Part shown: positions 1 to 12,229 of the stretch, piece by piece | How positions within the stretch are numbered: position 1 is the stretch's first letter | Layout: every line of letters starts with the position of its first letter | NCBI RefSeq assembly: GCF_006345805.1 | Contig: NC_043001.1 | Span: 58,156,001-58,220,000, forward strand | Source: Octopus sinensis | Lineage: Eukaryota | Direction: 5' to 3' | DNA length: 64,000 bases | Notes under the pieces: generated by a model | Told to the model about the DNA's origin: nothing | The model's input: the letters and a program-made list of their open reading frames with translations, nothing else | Databases searched by the model: none | Program-made: the position numbers and the translations under genes

Positions 1-59
1 CCACTCACAAGAAAATATGCTTCAACGCACACACACACACGCACACTTATATGTGCAAT

Positions 60-215
60 TGTGGCTGTGTAGTAAGAACCTTGCTTCGCAGTCACCTCTG
101 TTCCAGATGTGTCCCACTGCGTGTCACCATCGCCGAGTTTCTTCTACTTTTGCTTCAGGTTTTTCAAAGCCTTGTGAATGTATTTGGTAGACGGAAACTG
201 AAAGAAGACCGTAGA
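60..215 (+). mobile_element. tRNA-derived SINE, decayed
   Basis: A-box-like GTGGCTGTGTAGTAAG, degenerate B-box region (ttccagatgtgtcccactg) and a SINE-like body ending GGTAGACGGAAACTGAAAGAAG. Confidence 0.6.
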
Positions 216-523
216 AGATTAGATTAGAAAGACGAAGCCATTCACTAAGTAAATTGTTTGAGGTGATCATAGATGCGCGACGGCCACGCGCACGCACTTG
301 ACCAGGAACTTCTCCACTGCAGTTAAAGAATTAAGACGTGCAGTCTTGATGAAGCTGGTTGCAGCGAGTTGCAGGGATCCATCCGACCGAGTCATTCCTT
401 GGTGGCTTGAGACAACCCTCTTCCGCTTGCTCCGCCGTTGGGGTTTTGATGTTGGTGTTTGGTAGTGTTTACTTTGGGATATCATCCTCGATCTTGAGGC
501 CATGGTTTGCCCTACCGAGAGTC

Positions 524-580
<57 letters not shown>

Positions 581-595
581 AAATAATAATAATAG

Positions 596-956
596 TATTT
601 TATAAGCTTAAAGTTTATAAGCGATCACCGCGCAAATGACTAAAGAAAATACTATTAGACTAATAGGGCATATAAGCAGCCGACAGAAAAGAGTGGGCTT
701 TTCCCGTATATGCGGGACTCGAATTCCCACTCCTTTTTTTCTCGCGACAAATGTGCTAACCATTTACACCAACGCACAACCTGTATCATTCCGTCAGGTT
801 TAAGAACTATAATTATTTCGTAGTGTTGTTTTTGCGAGAAGTGCGCTTTACAAACAGATGTGGGTTCGAGTCCCACGCATCTGGGAAAATGTACTTTTTT
901 CCGTAGAGGGCATATATGTCCCATTATTAGACTATAAGCTTTAGCCTTATAAAATA
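596..956. mobile_element. MITE-like element with long imperfect terminal inverted repeats containing tRNA-like A/B boxes
   Basis: TATTTTATAAGCTTAAAGTTTATA (596-619) matches the reverse complement of 933-956 at 21/24. Inner arms ~655-735 and ~860-932 are also inverted and both carry GGGACTCGAA/TTCGAGTCCC. Confidence 0.6.
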
Positions 957-1019
957 TAATTATTATTATCTACAAAATTGTAAAATTCGGCGCTGCTTAC
1001 AACCCCCTCCCCCAATAAA

Positions 1020-1235
1020 AATCGCAGTAAAAGCACATGAATGTTTGTTTATAAAACCGCACTGTGAACTAATTATAATTCATAAATGTGACGGAAAGAA
1101 GCAGTTTGTTCGTTTGTGTAAGTGGCTAGCACACTTATCAAGAAAACAAGGGGTGTGGAATTGGATCACACGCGTACAGAAAAACCTACTTTCTTTACGT
1201 CGAGGGCTTATATGCTCCATTATTAGACTTTTTTT
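1020..1235 (+). mobile_element. second, partial, opposite-orientation copy of the 596-956 element
   Basis: Homologous to the minus strand of 655-860; the pseudo-translations align (VRWCKWLAHLSR vs VRLCKWLAHLSR) and both end in ...CCATTATTAGACT-like sequence. Confidence 0.55.
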
Positions 1236-1845
1236 CTTTAGCCATTTATGCGGTGATTGTTATAAGATTGTCCGTCAAGGATACTGGCTACTGTTCATAT
1301 CAGATTTTCTCCTATTTGGAATTCACACACTCGGTTAACTTCCAGATACACTCGTTCACTAACACAGTGATGAGTATATTTGTACTCATTTTGCGCTGGT
1401 TTACCGCATTCAATTAATTGGTACTTAACGATTTCGTTTCCTTTCCCACAGATTCAGCTCTTACTCTCTGGTTCAAAGTAAAATTTTATACGCATGGATG
1501 AGCAGGTAGTTTCATACGAAAGTAAATTACCATTGTGTGTGGTGCAAAATTTAGCACATTTTAATCAGATTCATATTGGCCCAGAGTGGTAGAGGTATAA
1601 CAGATTTCTGAGAATAAGTATTGTCACATTATAAATAGATTTGATAATGATAATAAGGCAATATTAACACCTTATTCACACAATACGCAAATATAATAAA
1701 ATCTTTTATATGATACTACAGATATATATTAGATCTAATGAAAGCCAAATGAGAATATTTTGTAATCTACTTATGTGTATGGATAATTAGAAACATTTTA
1801 GTTGAATAAACTCGGTGATTTAATAATTTACTTCATATTTAATAG

Positions 1846-2448
1846 CGTCCTACATTTTATAACAAGGCACTTCCAGGACTTCAACAAGGTGAGAAATTTT
1901 TGAAAGAGAGAACAAACTATCATTCAACCAGTGGAATTAAACAAGAACTGGTAGAAAATCTGGTATAACATGCTGAATTATTCCGATGTAACTCGATCAA
2001 CTATTCTCTACTGACTAGTATTGTCTCAGGTATCAAAACCTACGACCAAATCTGCCACTGACATCGATTAAACCCAAGCTACAACGAGAAGCTATTGAAA
2101 TCCGAATTCCGCTTCATAGAATGGATCATGCTTTCAGTAGATAATGTATTTCAAATTGTGATAATTTGGGGGGTCGGTATTGAAAAAGATTTCAAAAGTG
2201 TTACCTAGATTTGTAAACAGCAGCTCACTGCTCGTGCAAATGTAGAAGGAAAAAACATTCTAAATCTCAGTGACACATTCCAAACATGTTTCAATATCTT
2301 GGAGCTTTGTGAGTAACTATATAATATAATTCACAGCATTTCCAACTGTGATGTTCCAAAATTAGATACTATAGAAATGTACTCCAACAGAATGCTGGCA
2401 ATAGAATACGTGCCACTTTTAAAGTATCCACACGCATTGCTATCCTAG
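1846..2448 (+). pseudogene. decayed reading frame of unknown identity
   Basis: 201 codons in one frame with only 4 internal stops (1966, 2059, 2206, 2314) and a protein-like translation (…LLKSEFRFIEWIMLSVDNVFQIVIIWGV…). No family recognised. Confidence 0.35.
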
Positions 2449-2954
2449 ATTACTTGACATGTCATACACTCCAGACACGACAGTCTGTGTTGCATTAGCT
2501 ATAATCTCTAGTGTAGTCTTTTTATAGGGTGCATTTTATTTAGGCTGTTTACGTGCTTAATAGTGCGCAGCATTTTGAAGAATACAGTGACCGACACACG
2601 TCGAGTTGAATATTCAGTTATATTCAAATATAGATGTAGCGTACACAAAATTAATATGACAATGCCTAAGCAATTAAACATTTAATTTAATATGTATGAT
2701 ATGTTTTATGGTTATTCTGATGGAAATGTTCGATAAAAGCAGCAAATGACGTGTGTCATCTACAGAGTTTGATTTGTTTTCAAGTTCCATTCGTAGAGAA
2801 TTTTCAAATCTTTACACGTATATACACATTCATATAAGCTTTCATATAAATTGCACATGACGATAATTTAGCGATCCAGTAAATTTACAAGTGATATCAC
2901 AATTACTATATGAGCAAATTCTGTATGATAAGGTTTGGAAGGAAGCCAGAGGCA

Positions 2955-3033
2955 TGAGTGTATATATATATATATAGATATATATATATATATATATATA
3001 ATATATATATATATATATTATATATATATATAT

Positions 3034-3115
<82 letters not shown>
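2955..3115. repeat. (TA)n microsatellite
   Basis: Directly visible imperfect TA array. Confidence 0.95.
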
Positions 3116-3120
<5 letters not shown>

Positions 3121-3229
3121 TTCATTATTGAATTGATAAAAGGTGTTTTTTCCTAATTTTTATATATATATATATATATATAGTTAGATATATACATATA
3201 CGTCAGAAAATTACACGAAAAATGCATTG

Positions 3230-4050
3230 AACAGAATCTTGCTCTATACCATTGATTTGCTGATTTGAGCAAAGCATTGAATATTCTTAATCGAAATACT
3301 CTGTGGGCAATTCTAAGGAAAATAGGTTCTCCAGAAAAATTCCACTAAAAATGTCTTCATCGCATTTTAAAAATGAAATGTAGTTCTTTTACTCCAAACA
3401 CAGATGTCCTTGCATATGCAGGCATCACCTCAATTAAAGCTATAATTTTGAGGATCCAATTGAGATAGTGTGTCCATATTGTTTGAATGGCAGATGAACG
3501 CATGCTGGAACAGATGTTTTATCCTGAGCATGCAGAGGGGAAACGTTATCGGCGTAAAACTAAAAAAAGATTTAAGGACAGCATAGGGACTACTATGACG
3601 TCACTTGGAATGCTTCCAGAAGACATAGAAACCCGTGCTTTGGATCGAGTTAGAAGGCAAACAAACGTGTGGAGAGGAGTTAAAGCATTTGAAGAGACCA
3701 GGATAACGCGAGTAAGACTCAAAAGAGATTTAAGGAAGAATGTAACAACCGAGAAGGTGAATGACAGTGACCTTTTTATGTGCACAGTGTATGACAGACG
3801 ATGCCTCTCTTTGGCTGGTCTCAAATCTCATCTGCGACCACATGGAAAGAAACCTACACCAACTATTCTGACTATACGACTGTGCACACCTTTAAATGCA
3901 ATGTATGTCAGAAGGTTTGCAAGTCCAAGGGAGGCCCCAAAAGACATGTTAAGATCCACAAAGAGCAGAACTTATCTGCAGGTATTGGTGGCCCAAATCA
4001 GAGGTGCAATCTATGTGAGTGTCTGGATTAAATGCCGCATCTGATGCCAT
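3230..4050 (+). mobile_element. RTE-clade LINE remnant (RT start fused to C-terminus, with C2H2 fingers)
   Basis: EQNLALYH*FADLSKALNILNRNTLWAILRKIGSPEKF is RTE RT domain 2-3. It is joined to CLHRILKMK…NTDVLAYAGITSI…QLR…MADERMLEQMFY…KRFKD, the RTE C-terminus, then CTVYDRRCLSLAGLKSHLRPH. Confidence 0.85.
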
Positions 4051-4165
4051 AATGTTGATAATGTGTAGGTACAGGAGGTAGCCAAACTCTGTATAATGAG
4101 TAGACAACCACCACACACACGCACACACACACACATACGCACACACGCACGCACACAGAAATATA

Positions 4166-4210
<45 letters not shown>

Positions 4211-4916
4211 GATAAAAGTCTAACTAATTATAAAATTGATTATTTAAATTGATAAACTTAATTAACTGCTATAATACATGGAATGTTAACAGAAAACAAT
4301 GTAAATATATCAACAACAGTCATTTTGATAGCATAATGCACTATATCTCTGTTCGACTTAAACTGAAATTGCATTTAATCTAATCACGTGATACGCAATT
4401 TATGCTACTATCTTCTTTAACACTAATAAAATTTATTATTAACATAAATATCCCTTAAATCTAAGAATAAAAATTAATATTAATATTAATCATAATTTTC
4501 TTTTAAATACATACTTTGAAAATATTAATAACATATACTTCTTGATAATCTTACTGTCAACTATAAAAGGTGTAAATGTCCCTCTAATGTTAGCATTTTC
4601 CTTAGTTCCTTTCATGTATACATACACGTATACATACGCATCAATATAAACATAATAATACAGTACATGAACGCGTTGCTCAACAAAATAACAATAACTG
4701 TAAAAACGGCGTACAATACACAAGAAACAGCCTACGTCTGATGTCAGCAATGATCCTAATCACATCCATATAGTCTAGCCCTATTCAGAGCCTCTTTGTA
4801 ATACACTGGTTTATTGTTGAAATTTCTTTCCCTGCTAGAAATGAATACAGCCTTAATTAAAATAACATGAAGGCAAAATGTTGGAGCGTCGGCTGAAAAT
4901 TATGTATATGCATATG

Positions 4917-4986
<70 letters not shown>

Positions 4987-5349
4987 CATATATATATATA
5001 TTATATATACAACTAAAATTTAACCTTTAAAAGTATTTTTTAATATGCTGGCCATTGGTAAAATGTTTTCGAAAATTTATCCTATATTAGATATATGTAT
5101 CTATAGATAGACAGATAGATATAGATATAGATATATATTGCAACCAGGAAAAAGTCCGAAACTGGATGCTCTGGAGGTCCTGTGAACTGGCTACAAGCAG
5201 GTAAGTGTCGCTCCCCTACTTGCAATATAATTGGGTGGAGTTTGCATCGATATCTACCTAGAAGAAGCATCCTTTTGTAGTTAAAAATGGTAGTAACCTC
5301 GGTTCGTATGGATCTGCCATGTTGAAGTGGCGACAAACATTACTAACAG

Positions 5350-5388
<39 letters not shown>

Positions 5389-5459
5389 GGCAGAAACAGA
5401 CATACGTACATAAGCATAAGCCAATATGTATATGTCTGTATAATAAGTAAAATAAATGC

Positions 5460-5702
5460 ACCCTTTTAAAGCCTAACCAGGCTCATGGGCCTGGTTTCGC
5501 GATTTCAATGGCGTATGTGAACCCCTGCTGGATGGGACGCCAGTCCATTGCGGCGTTACTCATTTTGCTAGCTGAGTGTACTGGAGCAACGTGAAATGAA
5601 GTGTTTGGCTCAAGAACACAACGCGTTGCCCGGTCCTTGAATCGAAACCACAATCTTACGATCATGATGCTGACACCATAACCACTAAGCCACGCTCCTC
5701 CA
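5460..5702 (-). mobile_element. tRNA-derived SINE
   Basis: Minus strand begins GGAGGAGCGTGGCTTAGTGG (A box)…GGTTTCGATTC (B box), followed by TGTTCTTGAGCCAAACACTTCATTTCAC (CORE-like central domain). Confidence 0.75.
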
Positions 5703-6243
5703 CAGATGTCTGTATACATACCTGTATATATGAAGAATATAGAAAATTTAATTTTTATGGCAGGTTTTTTTTTTTTTACACCGTGATATAGGAAAAAAGA
5801 GGGAATTGGAAAATATTCTGCCATGAAGTTTCGTTTATTTTCCCCATATTTTACGCTGAAATAACCTAATGTAAAAAGATTTTAAAAAATAATAAAAACA
5901 GCTAATGATATAGCGATGCTATTGAGAATGACACGTACTAAGTAGAAGGGTATGGGTTGAAAAAACTCCTGAAGAGCTGGAGATGATAAATAGAACGAAC
6001 ACAAGGAGAAAGGAAAGACATTTTGTAAATGTCAAAGATAAGATCATAAACAAATTTTCTATGAAAATGTGTTCCTATGTAAATACCTTCCTTGGAATTG
6101 GTTAAAATATTATCGCTAAAAAATAAGAAACTTTTGAGAGAGGATGTTTACATAGTGGTTTGCGGCTAGTGAATGTATTGGTTCAACGCCCTAAGAGAAA
6201 ACGGAAACAGATATAAGAAATAGGAACATATATATATATATGC

Positions 6244-6309
<66 letters not shown>

Positions 6310-6451
6310 GTATGTATATATATATAAATATATATATATATATAGACATACACACATATACATATATATTTATTTTAAATAAAAATTTATTTATTTTATA
6401 TTTGTCTGTATATGTGTATATATATATGTCTCTCTCTCTATATATATATAT

Positions 6452-6484
<33 letters not shown>

Positions 6485-9400
6485 TATATACATCGATGAA
6501 TATATGTATAATGGTAGACTGATACATGAGGAAACTATCTATATCAAAATTTTATTAGAACACACAGAGAGGTGTACATTTGTTGGCTTTATGATATTTC
6601 TGGTTTGCACATTGTAAATTATATTTCCCGTTATATATAGTAGTTAGGTGTAGCTCCATATCAGACATACTAAAGGGGACACAATCCCTTTATTTCGTAG
6701 TTACAGACAATGTATCCAGCATTGCTGTATAGAATGGCAACATCCTTTCCCAAGACAGCCGTTCATTATCTAATAGAGGTACAGAGAGACTAACATGCAA
6801 AAACACTACGTAAATGATAAGACGTAAGGTAAATTTAAACAACAGAAAAGCTCACAATTCCTCAAATGCTTTATATAACAGCTGCCTAAATTTCAACAAG
6901 GGAACTGTCTTGCTCTTCTCTGAATAGTGGCCAACAACCCGTGCGATATTTCATGAATTTCCCAATTTTCTTTCAGCCCAAATATAGCAGAGAATAAAAA
7001 GGAAGCTACTTATTATGTCTCAGTATGAGCTGATGACAAACTGTAAAATATTCCGGTAGGAGAACCAAAGCCTTCTTCTCGGTACATCATTTGTATAGAA
7101 AGTATCCGCTTCGTTCTTATTACACCGAGAGTAAAGGTCATCTAACACACGCACACACACACACGTATGTATGTATCCATAAATACAATACTGCATGAAT
7201 TGCATACATAAAAATCTATGTCTATCTGTCTGTATACCTGGCTGTCTGTCTTTCTATATGCATGTATTATGCATGGTGGGTTATCAGATAAATTCGGATA
7301 CTTTTCCCCATGATGCTACCATACATTTCACGAAAGATACTTTTATCACAGTGATTTACGTTGTTTTTAGCTCTATTCTTCTGCAGCTTCTGTTTATCGT
7401 TGTTTTGAGATTTTACATAAATTGCACATTTACCAAGTAGAAGAAAAGTATATATTCGTACCAGATTCTTTTCACTTTCAATCAAGGTTCCAAATCTGAA
7501 TTTAGTAAGCGCTATTTTTGAGACAAATGAAACGGAAACAACTTTCACACTTGAAGGAGGGGCAATTTGACCTCACAGACAATGCATTGTGTTCAGTTCA
7601 ATAAAGATTGCGTGAACCAACTCATCTACGAGAAATCGCGGCTGTCGCGGAGTTTATCCCAGCTCTCATGTTAGCGTCGGTCGTCATCTTCACTTCATAT
7701 ATAAGGTCCAAACACTTGCAGCATGAATGCCACATGCTCTTGATGAGAGAAATAAACGTCAGTGCTCGTCTATCACTGTCAGTTTGTTCCAATATCACCA
7801 TGGACGAAGGAAAATAGTTTCTAACTTCGTTCATATTAGGAAGCGGCATATCGAGCAAAGCCTGATTTGCATACACACTAATCAATGATCTGCATTTAAT
7901 GTGATTGGAAAGGGTTCGTCAACGACGAAATAGTTGAAGACACCCCGTTTGGCAACGCAGTAACTGAAGCGGAGGAACAAGGCCATACAGTTAAAATGCC
8001 CCGACTGGAAAATATCCACGTTAGCAGAGTGCAAACATGCCAAGCCTGAGAATACCTTCACTGTGTAAGGCATTTAACATCTGAGACTGAATCTCATATT
8101 CCCCAGGATACTTGGCATCTTCGAGTGATCTAGTCTCCTCTGCCACTGTAGTTTTGGTGAGATTAGTCTTGCTCCTTGACGCGAATTTTGTCCTCAAAGA
8201 GATTATATTGCGATTTGATTTAGGAGTGTACAAAGTAATATTTTCGTCCCTGATGGATTACCTGCTCTGCAGAGAGAAAAATTCCTAGCCGAGTTCTTCA
8301 TGGCAGATGTCGAAGAACACTTCTAGGTACAATGTCAGCGAATGGTTAATAGCAAATTGACCAATTTAATGTGAGAGTACTAAAGTCCTCACATAATAAG
8401 GCTTTGGACATTTTCAATTTTTCTGCTAATACATCTCACAAATAGAAGAACAGCATGTGTAAAAATCGAGATATGATTGAAAGGGGGGTTTGTGAGCGAG
8501 AATATTTCAATCGCGGAGGTCTAGTGAAGCCTTACTAGTCGCATTGATCTTAGCGTCAATATTCCTCCTAGTCGCTCTACGTCTTGTGACCAGTGGCAAC
8601 ATGAGCATTACAATTTTGATGTAGGACAAATGACTCGGTCATAATTACATCTAAATCTGCAGTGACTTTGTGAAGGAAGGATATGTATTTGACCTCACGA
8701 TTTGCTACATATTCTTGCTATATCCTCAGTAGTTGTTATTTAAGCCTAATCGCATTGAAGCAGATCTTCCAGCCTAGTTAGATCCACTCTACATCACTAT
8801 CTTGCATTGGAAGGCTATTTAGAATCCTACTTCCGTTTGTGCAGATATATTTGGCGCTAAAATTTGATCGAGTAATTTCTATTCTCCATCCAAATCTACA
8901 GCGCTAGAGACACGGAACCTTTCAAAACAGCATCCATCTATATGTGGCTTGCAAGGTTTCGCTTCATTCTCTAGTTACTGCTCTCGAACTGTAAAATCTG
9001 GGATATTCCTATTCGAGATTTTCACGTCATGCTCTCTTAAACAACTTGTAGGCTTCTAACTGGTTGTACCAGCATTAGGTGTTGACCACAAGATGTTTCT
9101 CGATAGGATCCTTGTACCTAAGATCCAAAGACGCCCCTTGTTAATCCGCACTTTAATATGCATATACTGTCGAAACATTTTCCTTTCGCAGATAGTGGTG
9201 CTCATATTTGTCTGAAGTGCGAAACTGGTATTTCGTATGTTTCGTACTAGACCCGTGGATATAGTTAAATCCATATAGTGTGAATTAAATACACACACAA
9301 ACACATACACACACACACACACACACAGACACACATTCACACGCACACACACACAGACACGCACACACACACGCACACACACACGCATACACATAATGTA

Positions 9401-10192
9401 TGTGTGTATGTACGTATGTAAGTGTGTGTACGTATGTGCACGCTTTTGTGTAGTGCCAATGTCTTTATGTGTGCTTTATCGTCTTGTCTTCATTGAATTG
9501 TAGTTTTGCCTAATCTCTTCCTTCGTCAGCTCCCGAGTCAATTACAGGTTACAACGATGCAAACGTATCGACACATACCTGAGGATTCTTAAGTCTAGAT
9601 TCTTTGATTTATTACACGAATTTCGTTTCGGTTATTTGTTTATCAAATCTGTCTTCCACATAACGGATTGAAAACCACGTGCTAGGTTTGTTCCATTAAC
9701 CTTAACGCTTGTTATCTTACAAACAGTTCGCTCTCTATTATTTAGGAAATCTCTTTATTCATGTGTTTTCTTTAAGAAAAAATGCGATTTTTGTTTATTG
9801 TATATATAGTTTGTTTATTTTCTTTTATCAGTCATTTACTTTCCTTTAAATGAATTTCATACTCTTTCATCGACCGATCGAAAATAATACTCTCAATATA
9901 GTGTGATGCTACAACGAATAGAATACGTTTCCCCACTCTATAAAACATGAAAACAAAATGAAAAGCATTTAAATCTTTATTTTCTTTATTTATTTATCTG
10001 ATTCTGAAATAAAACAAAACCTTTACATTAAATTGCTTTGAAGGCTAGCAACATGTCGATGCCAAAAATCAATTGCAAAACATCTAAGAGTTCGGGGGAA
10101 AATAGCAGCAAATAAATAAATTAAAATTATAAAAGAAGATAATAAAATGGAGGTTGAGTCCGATTTAGGGTATTACTTTTTATTTTAATTAG

Positions 10193-11100
10193 GATCTTAC
10201 CTCGCATGTATATACTAGGTCCCTCTGTAGGCAGTTGTTGTTGAGGGGGCAGGTAGTTTTATCAGGGCAGTTGCAATTACTATCGGACGTTGGATGGGCC
10301 TCGGAAAAAGTAGGTATGTTAAGTTTTTTCACATTGTTGTTGGCTAGGTTCCTGGCTAGATTGGGCGTGGTAGAGTAGGAGAGTCTAATAGTGTTCTTAT
10401 TTAGGATAATGTAGTACTTATGTTGGGTGGGGAAGTGTTTCTGTAACTCTCCTACAGAAACACTTCCCCACCCAACATAAGTACTACACTATCCTAAATA
10501 AGAACACTATTAGACTCTCCTACTCTACCACGCCCAATCTAGCCAGGACCTAGCCAACAACAATGTGAAAAAACTTAACATACCTACTTTTTCCGAGGCC
10601 CATCCAACGTCCGATAGCAATTGCAACTGCCCTGATAAAACTACCTGCCCCCTCAACAACAACTGCCTACAGAGGGACCTAGTATATACATGCGAGGTAA
10701 GATCAGGCCCTGACGATAAAAGAAAATCCTACATAGGAATGACGTCAAACAGCTTTAAGACCCGTTGGTACGCACACACACACTCGTTCCGGCGACAGGA
10801 TAAATCCAACCACCAAACTACCCTCGCCGCCCACATCTGGTACCTTAAAAGGAATTCCATCCCCTTCAAGACCAAGTGGAAACTACTACAGAAGGCGCGC
10901 TCGTACACAGGAGGCCATACCTGCTGTGACCTCTGCATATCGGAGAGCCTAGAGATCTTGTTCGCCAAAGGCCCTCTCCTTAACAAAATCTCAGAACACT
11001 CCCCAAATTGTATGCATAAGAAGTATGCGAACTACAAGAACTATAGACCTACCCGGCAACCAGATTGATGACACCCCACCCACAAAAACCCCCCCAATCC
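10193..11100 (+). mobile_element. 5'-truncated Penelope-like element (Neptune-type GIY-YIG endonuclease) with inverted 5' duplication
   Basis: ORF 10565-11068: CNCPDKTTCPLNNNCL…LVYTCEV…KSYIGMT..SFKTRWYAH…CDLCISE…LLNK…CMH. This is a GIY-YIG preceded by the Cys-rich linker typical of PLEs. The upstream frame reads KHFPTQHKYYTILNKNTIRLSYSTTPNL. Confidence 0.9.
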
Positions 11101-11139
11101 CACCGTTCCCCTAGCACCACCGATTACCTTTTCTCCTAA

Positions 11140-11288
11140 GACCTTTCACATATTGTATGTGCACGCTTGTAGATGTGTATCGTATATATGTATAGAAATG
11201 TATGGGTATAGTAGGATTATACGCATGTATTATGTGTGTGTGTGCGTGTATGTATGTAAAAAATATATATATGTGTATATATATGTAT

Positions 11289-11319
<31 letters not shown>

Positions 11320-11544
11320 GTATGTGCGTGTGTGTGTGTGTGTGTATATATGTATAGATGCATGTATGTATATATGTATATTTGTGTGTATGCATATGTA
11401 TGTGTATATGTATGTGTGTATGTATATATATATGTGTGTAAGTGTGTGTATATATGTAAATGTAAGTGTGTGTGCTTGTATGAGAATGTATGTATGTTTG
11501 CACACATGTATATACATGTGTGTGTATGTGTGTGTGTATGTATA

Positions 11545-11585
<41 letters not shown>

Positions 11586-11840
11586 ACATATATATATATA
11601 TATGTGTATATATATGTGTATGTATATATATGTGTATGTGAGTGTGTGTGTATACATGTGTGTATGTGTATGTATGTATGTATATATATGCGTGTGCATG
11701 GGTATGTGTATATGTACATATGCGCGTACGCTCGTGTGTTTATGTATGTGTAGGTACGTAGAGTTATCTATGTGTGTATTTATATGTACATGTGTAAGTA
11801 TGTATATATATGTATGTATGTGTATGTATATGTATGTGTA

Positions 11841-11887
<47 letters not shown>

Positions 11888-11962
11888 GTGTATGTGTATA
11901 TGTAGGTGTATGTGTGTATGTATATATTTATATATATATGTGTGTATATATGTATGTATATG

Positions 11963-12013
<51 letters not shown>

Positions 12014-12190
12014 ATGTGTGTAAGTTTATTATATGTATGTATCCGTCTATATAATAGGTAACTGCACGTACATATACTTAATATTTATTTTTTGAGTATG
12101 CATGTATGAATAACTGCGCGTATATATATTTACTATTTACTTATTTTTTGAGTATGCATGTTAGTATGAATATGTATATGTATATATATG

Positions 12191-12229
<39 letters not shown>

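Noticed and set aside
267-503. 78-aa ORF in a GC-richer patch
   Set aside because: No recognisable motif; probably a TE fragment, but the family could not be assigned.
655-790. tRNA-gene-like A and B boxes
   Set aside because: No cloverleaf can be formed; the boxes are part of a repeated MITE/SINE-derived arm.
1458-1511. Strong acceptor followed by DSALTLWFKVKFY, reminiscent of a FERM N-lobe strand
   Set aside because: A stop follows four codons later and no compatible neighbouring exon was found.
5140-5175. GGA-AAAAG-TCC-GAAAC, resembling hammerhead stem II plus GAAA
   Set aside because: There is no CUGANGA core upstream and no stem I.
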